From the NCBI GenBank assembly GCA_037442925.1, contig JBBIPG010000053.1, forward strand, positions 1 through 16,271: a stretch of DNA of 16,271 bases, in the 5' to 3' direction. The notes beneath the pieces were generated by a model, which worked only from the letters and a program-made list of their open reading frames with translations, was not told the origin of the DNA and did no database searches. This document shows positions 9,024 to 16,225 of this stretch, piece by piece. A program made the position numbers and the translations under genes. Position 1 is the first letter of the stretch, and the number at the start of each line of letters is the position of its first letter. The DNA comes from Candidatus Fraserbacteria bacterium. Lineage in GTDB: Bacteria > Bipolaricaulota > Bipolaricaulia > RBG-16-55-9.

Positions 9024-9044
9024 TAATTACTTGCCATGTAATTA
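9024..9044. promoter_or_regulatory. Palindromic operator overlapping the -10 element and predicted start site
   Basis: TAATTAC-ttgccat-GTAATTA, a perfect 7-bp inverted repeat. Confidence 0.75.
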
Positions 9045-9069
9045 TAACACGGTGCCTCCTGCTCGTCAA
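9041..9069 (-). promoter_or_regulatory. Sigma70-type promoter of the regulator-B12 enzyme-asnB-opine dehydrogenase operon
   Basis: Minus strand TTGACG (9069-9064), 17 bp spacer, TATAAT (9046-9041). Confidence 0.85.
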
Positions 9070-9111
9070 GGCGTGCTTCAAACGATGGTTCTTGCTAACG
9101 CCTAAGGCAGA

Positions 9112-10263
9112 CTATCGCTTGAGCGCAGGTCTTAGGAGCACAGGAGCCAGAAAGGTCGTGATCATGATCACCGCCAACAGCACCGAATAGATCTCTCCTG
9201 TCAAGATCGCGCGCTCTAAGCCGAAGGCGGCGAAGATCAGGCCTACCTCACCTCGCGGCAGCATGCCCAGACCCACAACCAGAGAACTCGCTGCGGAACC
9301 GTGTGTTCCCAGTCCGCTCGCGAGCTTTCCGACCACAGCGATGAGACCGAGAATAGCAATATCTAGCAGAATATCGCCTCGAGCCAGCACTCCGAAGTCG
9401 AAGAGTGCTCCGGCTTGCACAAAGAAGAAAGGCACAAAGAGATCGGCGAGAGGGGTAACTCTCTGTGTGATATGTTCTTTGGCTTCCACGCGTTCGAGCA
9501 TCAAGCCGGCCGCGAAAGCCCCGACAATCGCTGCCAGCCCAATCTCCATCGAGAGGAGTGCCAGCCCCAAACAGAAAACCAGCGCGGCCACGATCAAGAC
9601 TCCTTGAACTTGCATACGATGGATGACGCTAAAGAGGAACGGAGCAAAGCGAATACCCATCGTAATGCTGAGCAGCAAGAAGAGAGCCACCAATACCAGA
9701 GTCTGGCCTAGGGAGAGCAGGGAGAGCGAGCCCGTCCGCGAGGTCTCTCCCAGAATCGAGAGCAGGACGAGCGCGAGGATGTCGTCCAAGATGGCCGCTC
9801 CCAAAATGATCATTCCCTCGGGGGAGTGGACTTTGCCTAGATCCGCCAGCACGCGAATGGTGATGCCGATGCTGGTGGCCGCCAGCGTAGCGCCGATAAA
9901 GAGCGCCGCTAGTGTGGCTTGTCCGGTGAGCATCCCGTACCCATAGCCAAGACCTAAGGGGAGCAAAACGCCCAAGAACGCCACGACCACGGAGCGTCTC
10001 CACTGACCCAAGAGCGCACTTAGGTCCGATTCGGCGCCTACCTGGAAGAGCAGGATGATGATCCCAAGCTCTGCAAGATATGAAATCACCGGATTCTCAT
10101 GAGGGTGAATCACGCCCAGCAGAGTTGGCCCCAGCACGATGCCGACCAGAAGTTCGCCCAAGACGGCCGGCTGGCGAAAGCGCTCGAAGAGTTCTCCCAT
10201 AGCCTTAGCGGAGACGAGGATGATCAGCACTTCAGCTGTCGTTTGAAAGAAATCGCTTTCCAT
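9112..10263 (-). CDS. Cation:proton antiporter (CPA2, NapA-like)
   Basis: RFRQPAVLGELLVGIVLGP, LAELGIIILLFQVG.E, ATSIGIT.RVL, GAAILDDI, GAFAAGL and GMLPRGEV. The real start is ATG 10263 after GGAG; the extension to 10494 is spurious. Confidence 0.92.
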   Translation of the reverse strand: MESDFFQTTAEVLIILVSAKAMGELFERFRQPAVLGELLVGIVLGPTLLGVIHPHENPVISYLAELGIIILLFQVGAESDLSALLGQWRRSVVVAFLGVLLPLGLGYGYGMLTGQATLAALFIGATLAATSIGITIRVLADLGKVHSPEGMIILGAAILDDILALVLLSILGETSRTGSLSLLSLGQTLVLVALFLLLSITMGIRFAPFLFSVIHRMQVQGVLIVAALVFCLGLALLSMEIGLAAIVGAFAAGLMLERVEAKEHITQRVTPLADLFVPFFFVQAGALFDFGVLARGDILLDIAILGLIAVVGKLASGLGTHGSAASSLVVGLGMLPRGEVGLIFAAFGLERAILTGEIYSVLLAVIMITTFLAPVLLRPALKR

Positions 10264-10332
10264 GTCCGCTCCGTTCTTTGGACTAACGTAACATAGACCA
10301 TGGCATGCGAATAGGGCAACAAGGGTCGCTAC

Positions 10333-10361
10333 TTGACAAAGTTCACACCTTCTGCTACAGT
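10333..10361 (+). promoter_or_regulatory. Sigma70-type promoter of the aro operon
   Basis: TTGACA (10333-10338), 17 bp spacer, TACAGT (10356-10361), with an extended TG at 10353-10354. Confidence 0.75.
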
Positions 10362-10389
10362 ACAAAACCCGGAAGAGAGACTGAGAAAA

Positions 10390-10485
10390 ATGGCGCAGCA
10401 GAAGAGCATTACACAAGGCCTCAGCGATAGCGTCCTCCGCCTGCTCTTCATCTTCCCCATCTTTGAGCCCCTTAAAGGGGCTTAA
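10390..10485 (+). CDS. Candidate Phe-sensing leader peptide, 31 aa (MAQQKSITQGLSDSVLRLLFIFPIFEPLKGA)
   Basis: Short ORF between the promoter and aroF with three Phe codons in six (TTC ATC TTC CCC ATC TTT). It ends within an 11-bp hairpin (10462-10486). The RBS is weak. Confidence 0.5.
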   Translation: MAQQKSITQGLSDSVLRLLFIFPIFEPLKGA

Positions 10486-10530
10486 ACACTTCACTCATTC
10501 ATAGGCCGTTCCTGCGTTCCAAAAGCAAAA

Positions 10531-10561
10531 AACCTTTCCGCTGTGCTACGCAAGGGAGGTT
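10531..10561 (+). promoter_or_regulatory. Hairpin able to sequester the aroF ribosome-binding site
   Basis: AACCTTTC (10531-10538) pairs with GGGAGGTT (10554-10561), including two G-U pairs. Confidence 0.45.
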
Positions 10562-10567
10562 GGGAAA

Positions 10568-11614
10568 ATGGTCATCGTCATGCAGCCACACGCCAAAGAA
10601 GAACAGATCCAGCAAGCCAACAAGAAGTTAGAATCGCTTGGCTTTCGCGTTCACCGCGTCGATGGAGTCAATCAGACGATACTGGGGGCCATTGGGGATA
10701 AGCGAGGAATCGATCCTCGTCAATTGGCAATTCTGCCTGGTGTCCGCGAGGTCGTGGAAATTACAAAACCCTACAAATTGGCCAGCCGGGAGTTCAAAGC
10801 CGAGGATTCCGTCATCCGACTGGACGGTGTGGCCATTGGGGGAGAGGAGCTGGTGCTCATGGCTGGACCCTGCTCGGTGGAGAATCCTGAGCAGATCCGA
10901 CACATCGCGAAGCTTGTCGCAGAGCAGGGAGCGAAAGTGTTGCGAGGAGGGGCTTTCAAACCTCGCACCTCTCCCTATAGCTTCCAGGGGCTGGGCGAGC
11001 GCGGCCTTGAGCTCTTACGTGAAGCCGCAGATCAGTATGGGCTTCTTACGGTTACGGAAGTGATGGACGCCTCGCAGGTGGAACTCGTCGCTCGATATGC
11101 CGATATTCTTCAGATCGGGGCGCGCAACATGCAGAACTACACTCTGCTCAAGGCTGTCGGGCAGAGTGAAAAGCCCGTGCTTCTCAAACGAGGACTGGCC
11201 GCAACACTTGAGGAATTCCTCATGGCGGCGGAATACATCATGTCCGAGGGGAATCATCGGGTGGTGCTCTGTGAGCGGGGCATCCGCACCTTTGCGGATC
11301 ACATGCGTTTCACTCTCGATGTGGGTGTGATCCCCGTGGTCAAAGAAGTCTCACATCTGCCCATTATTGTGGACCCAAGCCATGCCGCTGGGATTCGCCA
11401 TCGAGTCATTCCACTGGCATTGGCGGGCATTGCTGCAGGAGCCGATGGCTTGATCGTAGAAGTCCATCATCAGCCGGAGAAAGCCCTAAGTGATGGGACG
11501 CAAGCTCTGACGCCGGAGCAGTTCGCTCAGATGGTGCACGAAATGGCCGTCATCGCTCAGGCAATCGGACGCGCCATCTCCAAGCCAAAGCCTTTCTCTA
11601 CTGCAAGGAACTAA
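10568..11614 (+). CDS. aroF: 3-deoxy-7-phosphoheptulonate (DAHP) synthase, type I-beta with N-terminal regulatory domain
   Basis: MAGPCSVE, LRGGAFKPRTSPYSFQGLG, QIGARNMQN, LLKRG, LCERGIRTF and IVDPSH. The N-terminal MVIVM..GAIGD..PYKLASRE is an ACT-like extension. Confidence 0.96.
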   Translation: MVIVMQPHAKEEQIQQANKKLESLGFRVHRVDGVNQTILGAIGDKRGIDPRQLAILPGVREVVEITKPYKLASREFKAEDSVIRLDGVAIGGEELVLMAGPCSVENPEQIRHIAKLVAEQGAKVLRGGAFKPRTSPYSFQGLGERGLELLREAADQYGLLTVTEVMDASQVELVARYADILQIGARNMQNYTLLKAVGQSEKPVLLKRGLAATLEEFLMAAEYIMSEGNHRVVLCERGIRTFADHMRFTLDVGVIPVVKEVSHLPIIVDPSHAAGIRHRVIPLALAGIAAGADGLIVEVHHQPEKALSDGTQALTPEQFAQMVHEMAVIAQAIGRAISKPKPFSTARN

Positions 11615-11618
11615 AGAG

Positions 11619-12917
11619 ATGGAGCGAATCATTCACCCTGTGCGAAGACTTCCAGGCGAGATCACGGTTCCCGGTGACAAATCGATCTCCCATCGGGCGC
11701 TCATGCTTGCTGCCATTGCTCGCGGAGAAAGCCTCGTCCGGGGTCTAGCTCCCGGTGCCGATGTGAAGAGCACCGCGAGTTGCTTGCGCGCTCTGGGGGC
11801 TCAGCTCGAAAGTCGAGATACGAGCCATGGAACGGCAGTGATTCGGGTTCAAGGACGTGGGCTAGGAGGACTTCAAGCGCCCAAAGAAATCCTCAATGCG
11901 GGTAACTCCGGAACGACTATGCGACTACTTACGGGACTCTTAGCGGGACAGTCTTTTCACAGCGCAATTACGGGCGACGAGTCTCTTCAGAAGCGTCCGA
12001 TGGGTCGCATCATTGAGCCGTTGGAGCAGATGGGCGCCAAGATCAAGAGCCAGAACGGCTATGCTCCACTCCGCATCGAAGGTAGAAAACTCACGGGCAT
12101 TCGATACGAGCTTCCCGTGGCGAGCGCTCAAGTGAAGTCCTGTCTGTTGTTGGCTGGTCTATATGCTCATGGCACGACAACCGTTATCGAATCTCAAGGG
12201 AGCCGCGACCACACCGAGCGGATGCTCCAGCTCATGGGAGCGGACTTTCAAGCGAATGGCCAGGCGCTCGCCGTGCGCGGTGGGCGTGAGCTTGCGAGTT
12301 GTGAGTTCTTCATTCCTGGAGATCTTTCTTCAGCAGCATTCTTCATCGCGGCAGCGACGTTGATCCCCGGAAGCGAGCTTGTGATTCGCAATGTGGGCGT
12401 CAATCCGACGCGCGCAGGGTTTCTCGAATGCCTGCAAGCGATGGGAGGATATGTGCAACGCTTGCATGTGCGGGAGGAGAGTGGGGAGCCCGTGGCAGAT
12501 CTTCTCATTCGATCTGCTCCCGCATTGCAAGCAGCTGAGATCGCGGGGAGACTCATCCCGCGACTCATCGATGAGATCCCGCTGCTGGCCGTGTTGGCTA
12601 CGCAAGCCGAGGGCACGACCATTATTCGAGATGCTCACGAGCTTCGTGTCAAAGAGACGGATCGGCTGCGGGCAGTAGCAGAGAACTTGAGGCGCATGGG
12701 TGCCCAACTCGAAGAACAAGCTGATGGTTTGGTCATCGCGGGTCCCCAAGCGTTGACGGGTGCCCAAATCGAGAGCTACGGAGACCATCGCATCGCGATG
12801 GCCTTTTCAGTAGCTGGCTTAATCGCGGAAGGGGTCACAACGATTGAGGGAGCGGAGTGGGTGGACATCTCGTTCCCAGGCTTCTTCGAGCTTCTTGAGG
12901 GAATTGCGCATGGGTGA
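11619..12917 (+). CDS. aroA: EPSP synthase (3-phosphoshikimate 1-carboxyvinyltransferase), class II
   Basis: VPGDKSISHRAL, NAGNSGTTMRL, SAQVKS, RDHTE, NPTR, ELRVKETDR and GDHRIAM. Confidence 0.97.
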   Translation: MERIIHPVRRLPGEITVPGDKSISHRALMLAAIARGESLVRGLAPGADVKSTASCLRALGAQLESRDTSHGTAVIRVQGRGLGGLQAPKEILNAGNSGTTMRLLTGLLAGQSFHSAITGDESLQKRPMGRIIEPLEQMGAKIKSQNGYAPLRIEGRKLTGIRYELPVASAQVKSCLLLAGLYAHGTTTVIESQGSRDHTERMLQLMGADFQANGQALAVRGGRELASCEFFIPGDLSSAAFFIAAATLIPGSELVIRNVGVNPTRAGFLECLQAMGGYVQRLHVREESGEPVADLLIRSAPALQAAEIAGRLIPRLIDEIPLLAVLATQAEGTTIIRDAHELRVKETDRLRAVAENLRRMGAQLEEQADGLVIAGPQALTGAQIESYGDHRIAMAFSVAGLIAEGVTTIEGAEWVDISFPGFFELLEGIAHG

Positions 12918-13779
12918 AAAACTGTTCGGGGTCATTGGAGATCCGATTGAGCACTCACTTTCTCCGGCGCTTTTTGAGTATGTGCTAAGAGAACTAGAGC
13001 TGCCCTATCGCTATCGAGCATTCCACGTGAGGGCGAATGAGCTGAGAGACTTTCTTCAAAAAGCGAGGGCGGAAGGTATCGCGGGCGTCAACGTCACGAT
13101 TCCACACAAGGAGCGTGTGGTTCCCCTGCTGGATGCACTGGATTCGCAAGCGGAGAAGCTGGGAGTCGTCAACACGGTGGCCAGTGAGGGAGGTCGACTG
13201 ATCGGTTACAACACGGACGTGCTGGGATTTACTCGATCCTTGCCAGCGCGAGGGCTCCCGCTTGCGGGTGAACGAGCGGTGGTTCTGGGAGCTGGTGGAG
13301 CAGCCAAGGCCGTAGTCTACGCTCTGATAGACTTGGGAATTCATGAGATCGTCTTAGGGAATCGAACTCTTCCGAGAGCGGAACAATTGGCCATGCAAGT
13401 GGCCACGAGGACCGGCTATAAGAACATACATTGTCTCATGTTGCATGATCTGCACACTCTGGAAGCGATTCGTCAGGCGAAGCTCTTGGTGAATGCCACG
13501 CCGGTGGGAATGCACCCGCAGGTGGGTGGCTGCCCTGTGAGTGATCCCTCTTGTTTGCATGAAGATTTGCTGGTGTATGATCTCATCTATAACCCGCAGA
13601 AGACTCGGCTCCTCAAGGAGGCAGAGAAGCGGGGCGCTCAAGCCATAGCTGGGCTTGATATGCTGATCTATCAAGCTCTTGAGTCGCTGCGCATCTGGAT
13701 GAAGGGAGAGCTGAAATTCTCTGAGGAGTTGATTCGAGGAGTTCGTCACACTCTAGAGGCGCGTCTGGGGTTGAGATGA
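12910..13779 (+). CDS. aroE: Shikimate dehydrogenase
   Basis: GDPIEHSLSP, GVNVTIPHK, VNT, GYNTD, LGAGGAAKA, NATPVGM, YDLIYNP.KT and GLDMLIYQA. The start ATG 12910 overlaps the end of aroA. Confidence 0.96.
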   Translation: MGEKLFGVIGDPIEHSLSPALFEYVLRELELPYRYRAFHVRANELRDFLQKARAEGIAGVNVTIPHKERVVPLLDALDSQAEKLGVVNTVASEGGRLIGYNTDVLGFTRSLPARGLPLAGERAVVLGAGGAAKAVVYALIDLGIHEIVLGNRTLPRAEQLAMQVATRTGYKNIHCLMLHDLHTLEAIRQAKLLVNATPVGMHPQVGGCPVSDPSCLHEDLLVYDLIYNPQKTRLLKEAEKRGAQAIAGLDMLIYQALESLRIWMKGELKFSEELIRGVRHTLEARLGLR

Positions 13780-13791
13780 CAGATCCTCTGC

Positions 13792-13820
13792 TTGACCGAG
13801 GGCTTGCCGTCAGCTAAGAT
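13792..13820 (+). promoter_or_regulatory. Promoter of the tRNA gene
   Basis: TTGACC (13792-13797), 17 bp spacer, TAAGAT (13815-13820), then a GC-rich stretch before the tRNA. Confidence 0.7.
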
Positions 13821-13832
13821 GAGCTATCCCCG

Positions 13833-13908
13833 GCCGGCGTAGCTCAGCTGGTAGAGCAGCCGCTTCGTAAGCGGCAGGTCGTCGGTTCGATCCCGACCGC
13901 CGGCTCCA
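13833..13908 (+). tRNA. tRNA-Thr (anticodon CGT)
   Basis: 76-nt cloverleaf: acceptor GCCGGCG/CGCCGGC, D arm GCTC/GAGC, anticodon arm GCCGC-TTCGTAA-GCGGC, T arm GTCGG-TTCGATC-CCGAC, and an encoded CCA. Confidence 0.98.
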
Positions 13909-13950
13909 GAAGCACTAAAAAGCTCTTCCATTCAGCGAAAAACTCAGCTG

Positions 13951-14451
13951 GTGCGCCGTAACTCCCCAACTGTGAAACTGGCGCAAAATGACCCTAGGCG
14001 GCCGCACTACACGGAGTCTACCCTCACCTTAAAGCTTCGAGGTTATTTCTCATCTCTTATCGAGCGCAACTATCGGATGGCCAGTGTAGGAATGCATTAT
14101 CGCGTCTGGCACGCCTTCTTTGTCTGGGTCGTCCGTGAGGGCTTGATAAAGCACGATCCCTTAGACGGCATCTTAGACTGCGGGCTTAGGCTCAATGAGC
14201 TGATCCGGCTTCGGCTTGCAGACGTGTCACTGGCTCAACGCTCGCTCAAAGTGCACGGCAAAGGGGCTAAAGATCGGATCGTCTTCATGGGAGCCAGGAC
14301 GACTAAGGCTCTCCGGCGGTACCTCGAAATACGAGGCTTTAAGCCCGGCTATTCCGACACACTCTTCATCGACCGAAAGGGAGAGTCATTGAAATCCCGC
14401 TGGGTGCCAGAGGTCGTAGCCCGCTTGGGCAAGAAAGCGGGTCTGAAAATC
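13951..14451 (+). pseudogene. Tyrosine recombinase/integrase remnant (XerC/D-like) with internal and C-terminal deletions
   Basis: AFFVW..REGLI..DP, LDCGLRLNELIRL.L.DV and VHGKGAKDRIVF are present. The linker before box I and the HxxR/Tyr region are absent. Confidence 0.85.
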
Positions 14452-14472
14452 CGGAATCGAGGCGAGAACTGT

Positions 14473-14870
14473 CGTCTGGTATGCCATGTGGATGCCAGCT
14501 TCACAGCGCCTACATACATACGCGTTCCGTGTGGCGCTAGGCGGACGCCAGATCACTCAGGATTCTGGCGTGATCCCTCTTGCCAGGATTCGGTTCGATG
14601 GTCATGGAATATCATGCCTTGATTAGACTTCTTGAACACTTGATTGCCCACCAGTGGACCGATCGCCCGGTCACGATCCGCATGGACTGCAAACATGTTG
14701 TAGATCAACTCAACGACATCATGAGGGTCAAGAGCCCAGACCTGAAGCCGCTCTACACGAAGGCCAGGGTGCTTATGGGAGCGTTCGAGAATCTAGTCCT
14801 GGAGTGGATACCCAGAGAGAAGAACGGTGAGGCCCATCGTGGAGCGGGCAAGAAGACACCCGATATCTGA
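14473..14870 (+). pseudogene. Ribonuclease HI-like gene with two frameshifts
   Basis: Frame 1 LVCHVDAS, frame 2 TYAFRVALGGRQITQDSGVI, frame 3 EYHALI..L..IRMDCKHVVDQL..RVKSPDLKPLY.KA..L..F..LEWIPREKNGEAH. Confidence 0.75.
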
Positions 14871-14907
14871 TCCCCAAGGACAGTTCACCCCGATGAATGG
14901 GGACCCC

Positions 14908-14957
14908 TTGCATCAGGGCCATCGTAGTCTTATAATATGACTATCACAATGGTCATA
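14908..14957 (+). promoter_or_regulatory. Toxin-antitoxin promoter with operator palindrome
   Basis: TTGCAT (14908-14913), 17 bp spacer, TATAAT (14931-14936). The inverted repeat TATGACTAT-caca-ATGGTCATA (14936-14957) covers the predicted start site. Confidence 0.75.
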
Positions 14958-14966
14958 GGAGGCTCG

Positions 14967-15242
14967 ATGGAGAGCAAACGAGTGTCGGTCGCGGAAGGGA
15001 AAAAGGATTTCACGCAGCTGTTGCGAGAAGCACGTGAAAAGCAGATGCCCATCTTAGTTTTCAACGAACGTTTAGATGAGTTGGCTGGAGCTATCCTCTC
15101 GCCTGAAGAATACGAGAGATATGAGCTACTGCATGCCTACTTCGAGGCCCTACGGCTCTCGCAAAAGTTCGCAGATATCAAGCTCGATCTCCCTGAATTG
15201 GTCCGTCAGGCTCGTCAGGAACTCGAGGAGCGCACTGCATGA
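14967..15242 (+). CDS. Phd/YefM-family antitoxin
   Basis: RVSVAEGKKDFTQLLREA..PILV..AGAILSPEEYERY. AGGAGG precedes ATG 14967, and there is an ATGA overlap with the toxin. Confidence 0.85.
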   Translation: MESKRVSVAEGKKDFTQLLREAREKQMPILVFNERLDELAGAILSPEEYERYELLHAYFEALRLSQKFADIKLDLPELVRQARQELEERTA

Positions 15243-15715
15243 CCTCCCAAAGCAAAGCCAGGTCAGTGGTCATCGACGCCAGTGTCTTGCTGGCATTCTA
15301 TCTACCTGCAGAACCCTATAAAGCTCAGGCGCTGGAGTTCTTGGGAGAAGCGGTGGCAGGTCGGGTGAAACTCATCGTGCCTACCTTGACACGATACGAG
15401 GCACTCAACGTTCTTTCTCGGGTTACTCGTGGTCTCAAAAGGGGCCAGAAGCTCTCGCTTGAGGACGCTCAGGAGATCCTCACCGCGATTGATGGTCTCA
15501 AGCTAGAGGAACGAACTGTGAAAGGCTTGGATAAGCAAATCCTCAAGGTCGCCCATGAGAATCAATGTACGGCTTATGATGCAGCGTATCTGGCATTGGC
15601 AGCGAAGTTGAGTGCCGATCTACTCACAGGCGATGAGCGCTTTCATAACAACCTCGGGCCAAGATTCAAGCACATAAAGTTTCTGGGTGATATCGATGTG
15701 CGGAGGAGTGATTGA
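15239..15715 (+). CDS. vapC: PIN-domain toxin (VapC family)
   Basis: VVIDASVLL, VPTL.RYE..N, TAYDAAYLALA and LLTGDERF; the acidic PIN residues are intact. Confidence 0.92.
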   Translation: MTSQSKARSVVIDASVLLAFYLPAEPYKAQALEFLGEAVAGRVKLIVPTLTRYEALNVLSRVTRGLKRGQKLSLEDAQEILTAIDGLKLEERTVKGLDKQILKVAHENQCTAYDAAYLALAAKLSADLLTGDERFHNNLGPRFKHIKFLGDIDVRRSD

Positions 15716-15850
15716 ATTGAAGAGAAAAGACAAGCCCCCTGTCCCGACCAAAGGTCCAAGGGGCTCGGCAAAACAACGAAATCTTATCACAGGACACAGG
15801 GCAAATCAAGCACAGGAAGTCCGCTCAACCTTTCAACTCCTAGACTCGAA

Positions 15851-16225
15851 ATGCTCAAGGATTCTGCACTCGCAGTGAGCGAGGACGAACTTAAATTCCT
15901 AGAGTCCCACTTGCCCAAGAACGTATGGGATGACTGTTTCGTAAACGGTAGAAGGTTGGTAACACTCAAGGGGATCTACCTCCTAGGCTTAATTTATCTA
16001 GGCAGGCTTTTCGGCAGAACACTTGCAGAGACTATTCAGCCTCTTATCGACCTGGATAATGCGTTGAGGGAAGAATTCTCGGAGCATGACTGGCAGACTC
16101 TCACGCAAAGCCTATCAACCACAAGTCTTTCACGGAGTCAAGATGGCCTCCTGATGCGGCTTGGGGACGGAGATGGGAGAGAGAAACTGCAAGCCCCACA
16201 GGATCAATCGGCTCAGCTGAGCTAG
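15851..16225 (+). CDS. Hypothetical protein, possibly a fragment
   Basis: 124-aa ORF with protein-like composition in lower-GC sequence. No clear RBS and no recognised motif. Confidence 0.4.
   Translation: MLKDSALAVSEDELKFLESHLPKNVWDDCFVNGRRLVTLKGIYLLGLIYLGRLFGRTLAETIQPLIDLDNALREEFSEHDWQTLTQSLSTTSLSRSQDGLLMRLGDGDGREKLQAPQDQSAQLS

Noticed and set aside
8997..9111. Cobalamin riboswitch ahead of the B12 operon
   Set aside because: The predicted leader is only about 40 nt and no B12-box is visible.
10264..10494. 77-aa N-terminal extension of the antiporter in the ORF track
   Set aside because: It overlaps the divergent aro promoter and leader, and ATG 10263 has its own RBS.
10362..10567. T-box riboswitch upstream of aroF
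   Set aside because: An AGAGA/CTGAG-like stretch exists, but there is no GGTGGNACC T-box sequence and no U-tailed terminator.
12844..12909. Longer aroE start from the ORF track
   Set aside because: It lies inside aroA; family-like sequence begins at ATG 12910.
123..13749. Many antisense or nested ORFs (for example 123-632, 888-1373, 3962-4540, 7447-7797, 12330-12788)
   Set aside because: They are shadows of well-supported genes in GC-rich DNA and show no motifs.
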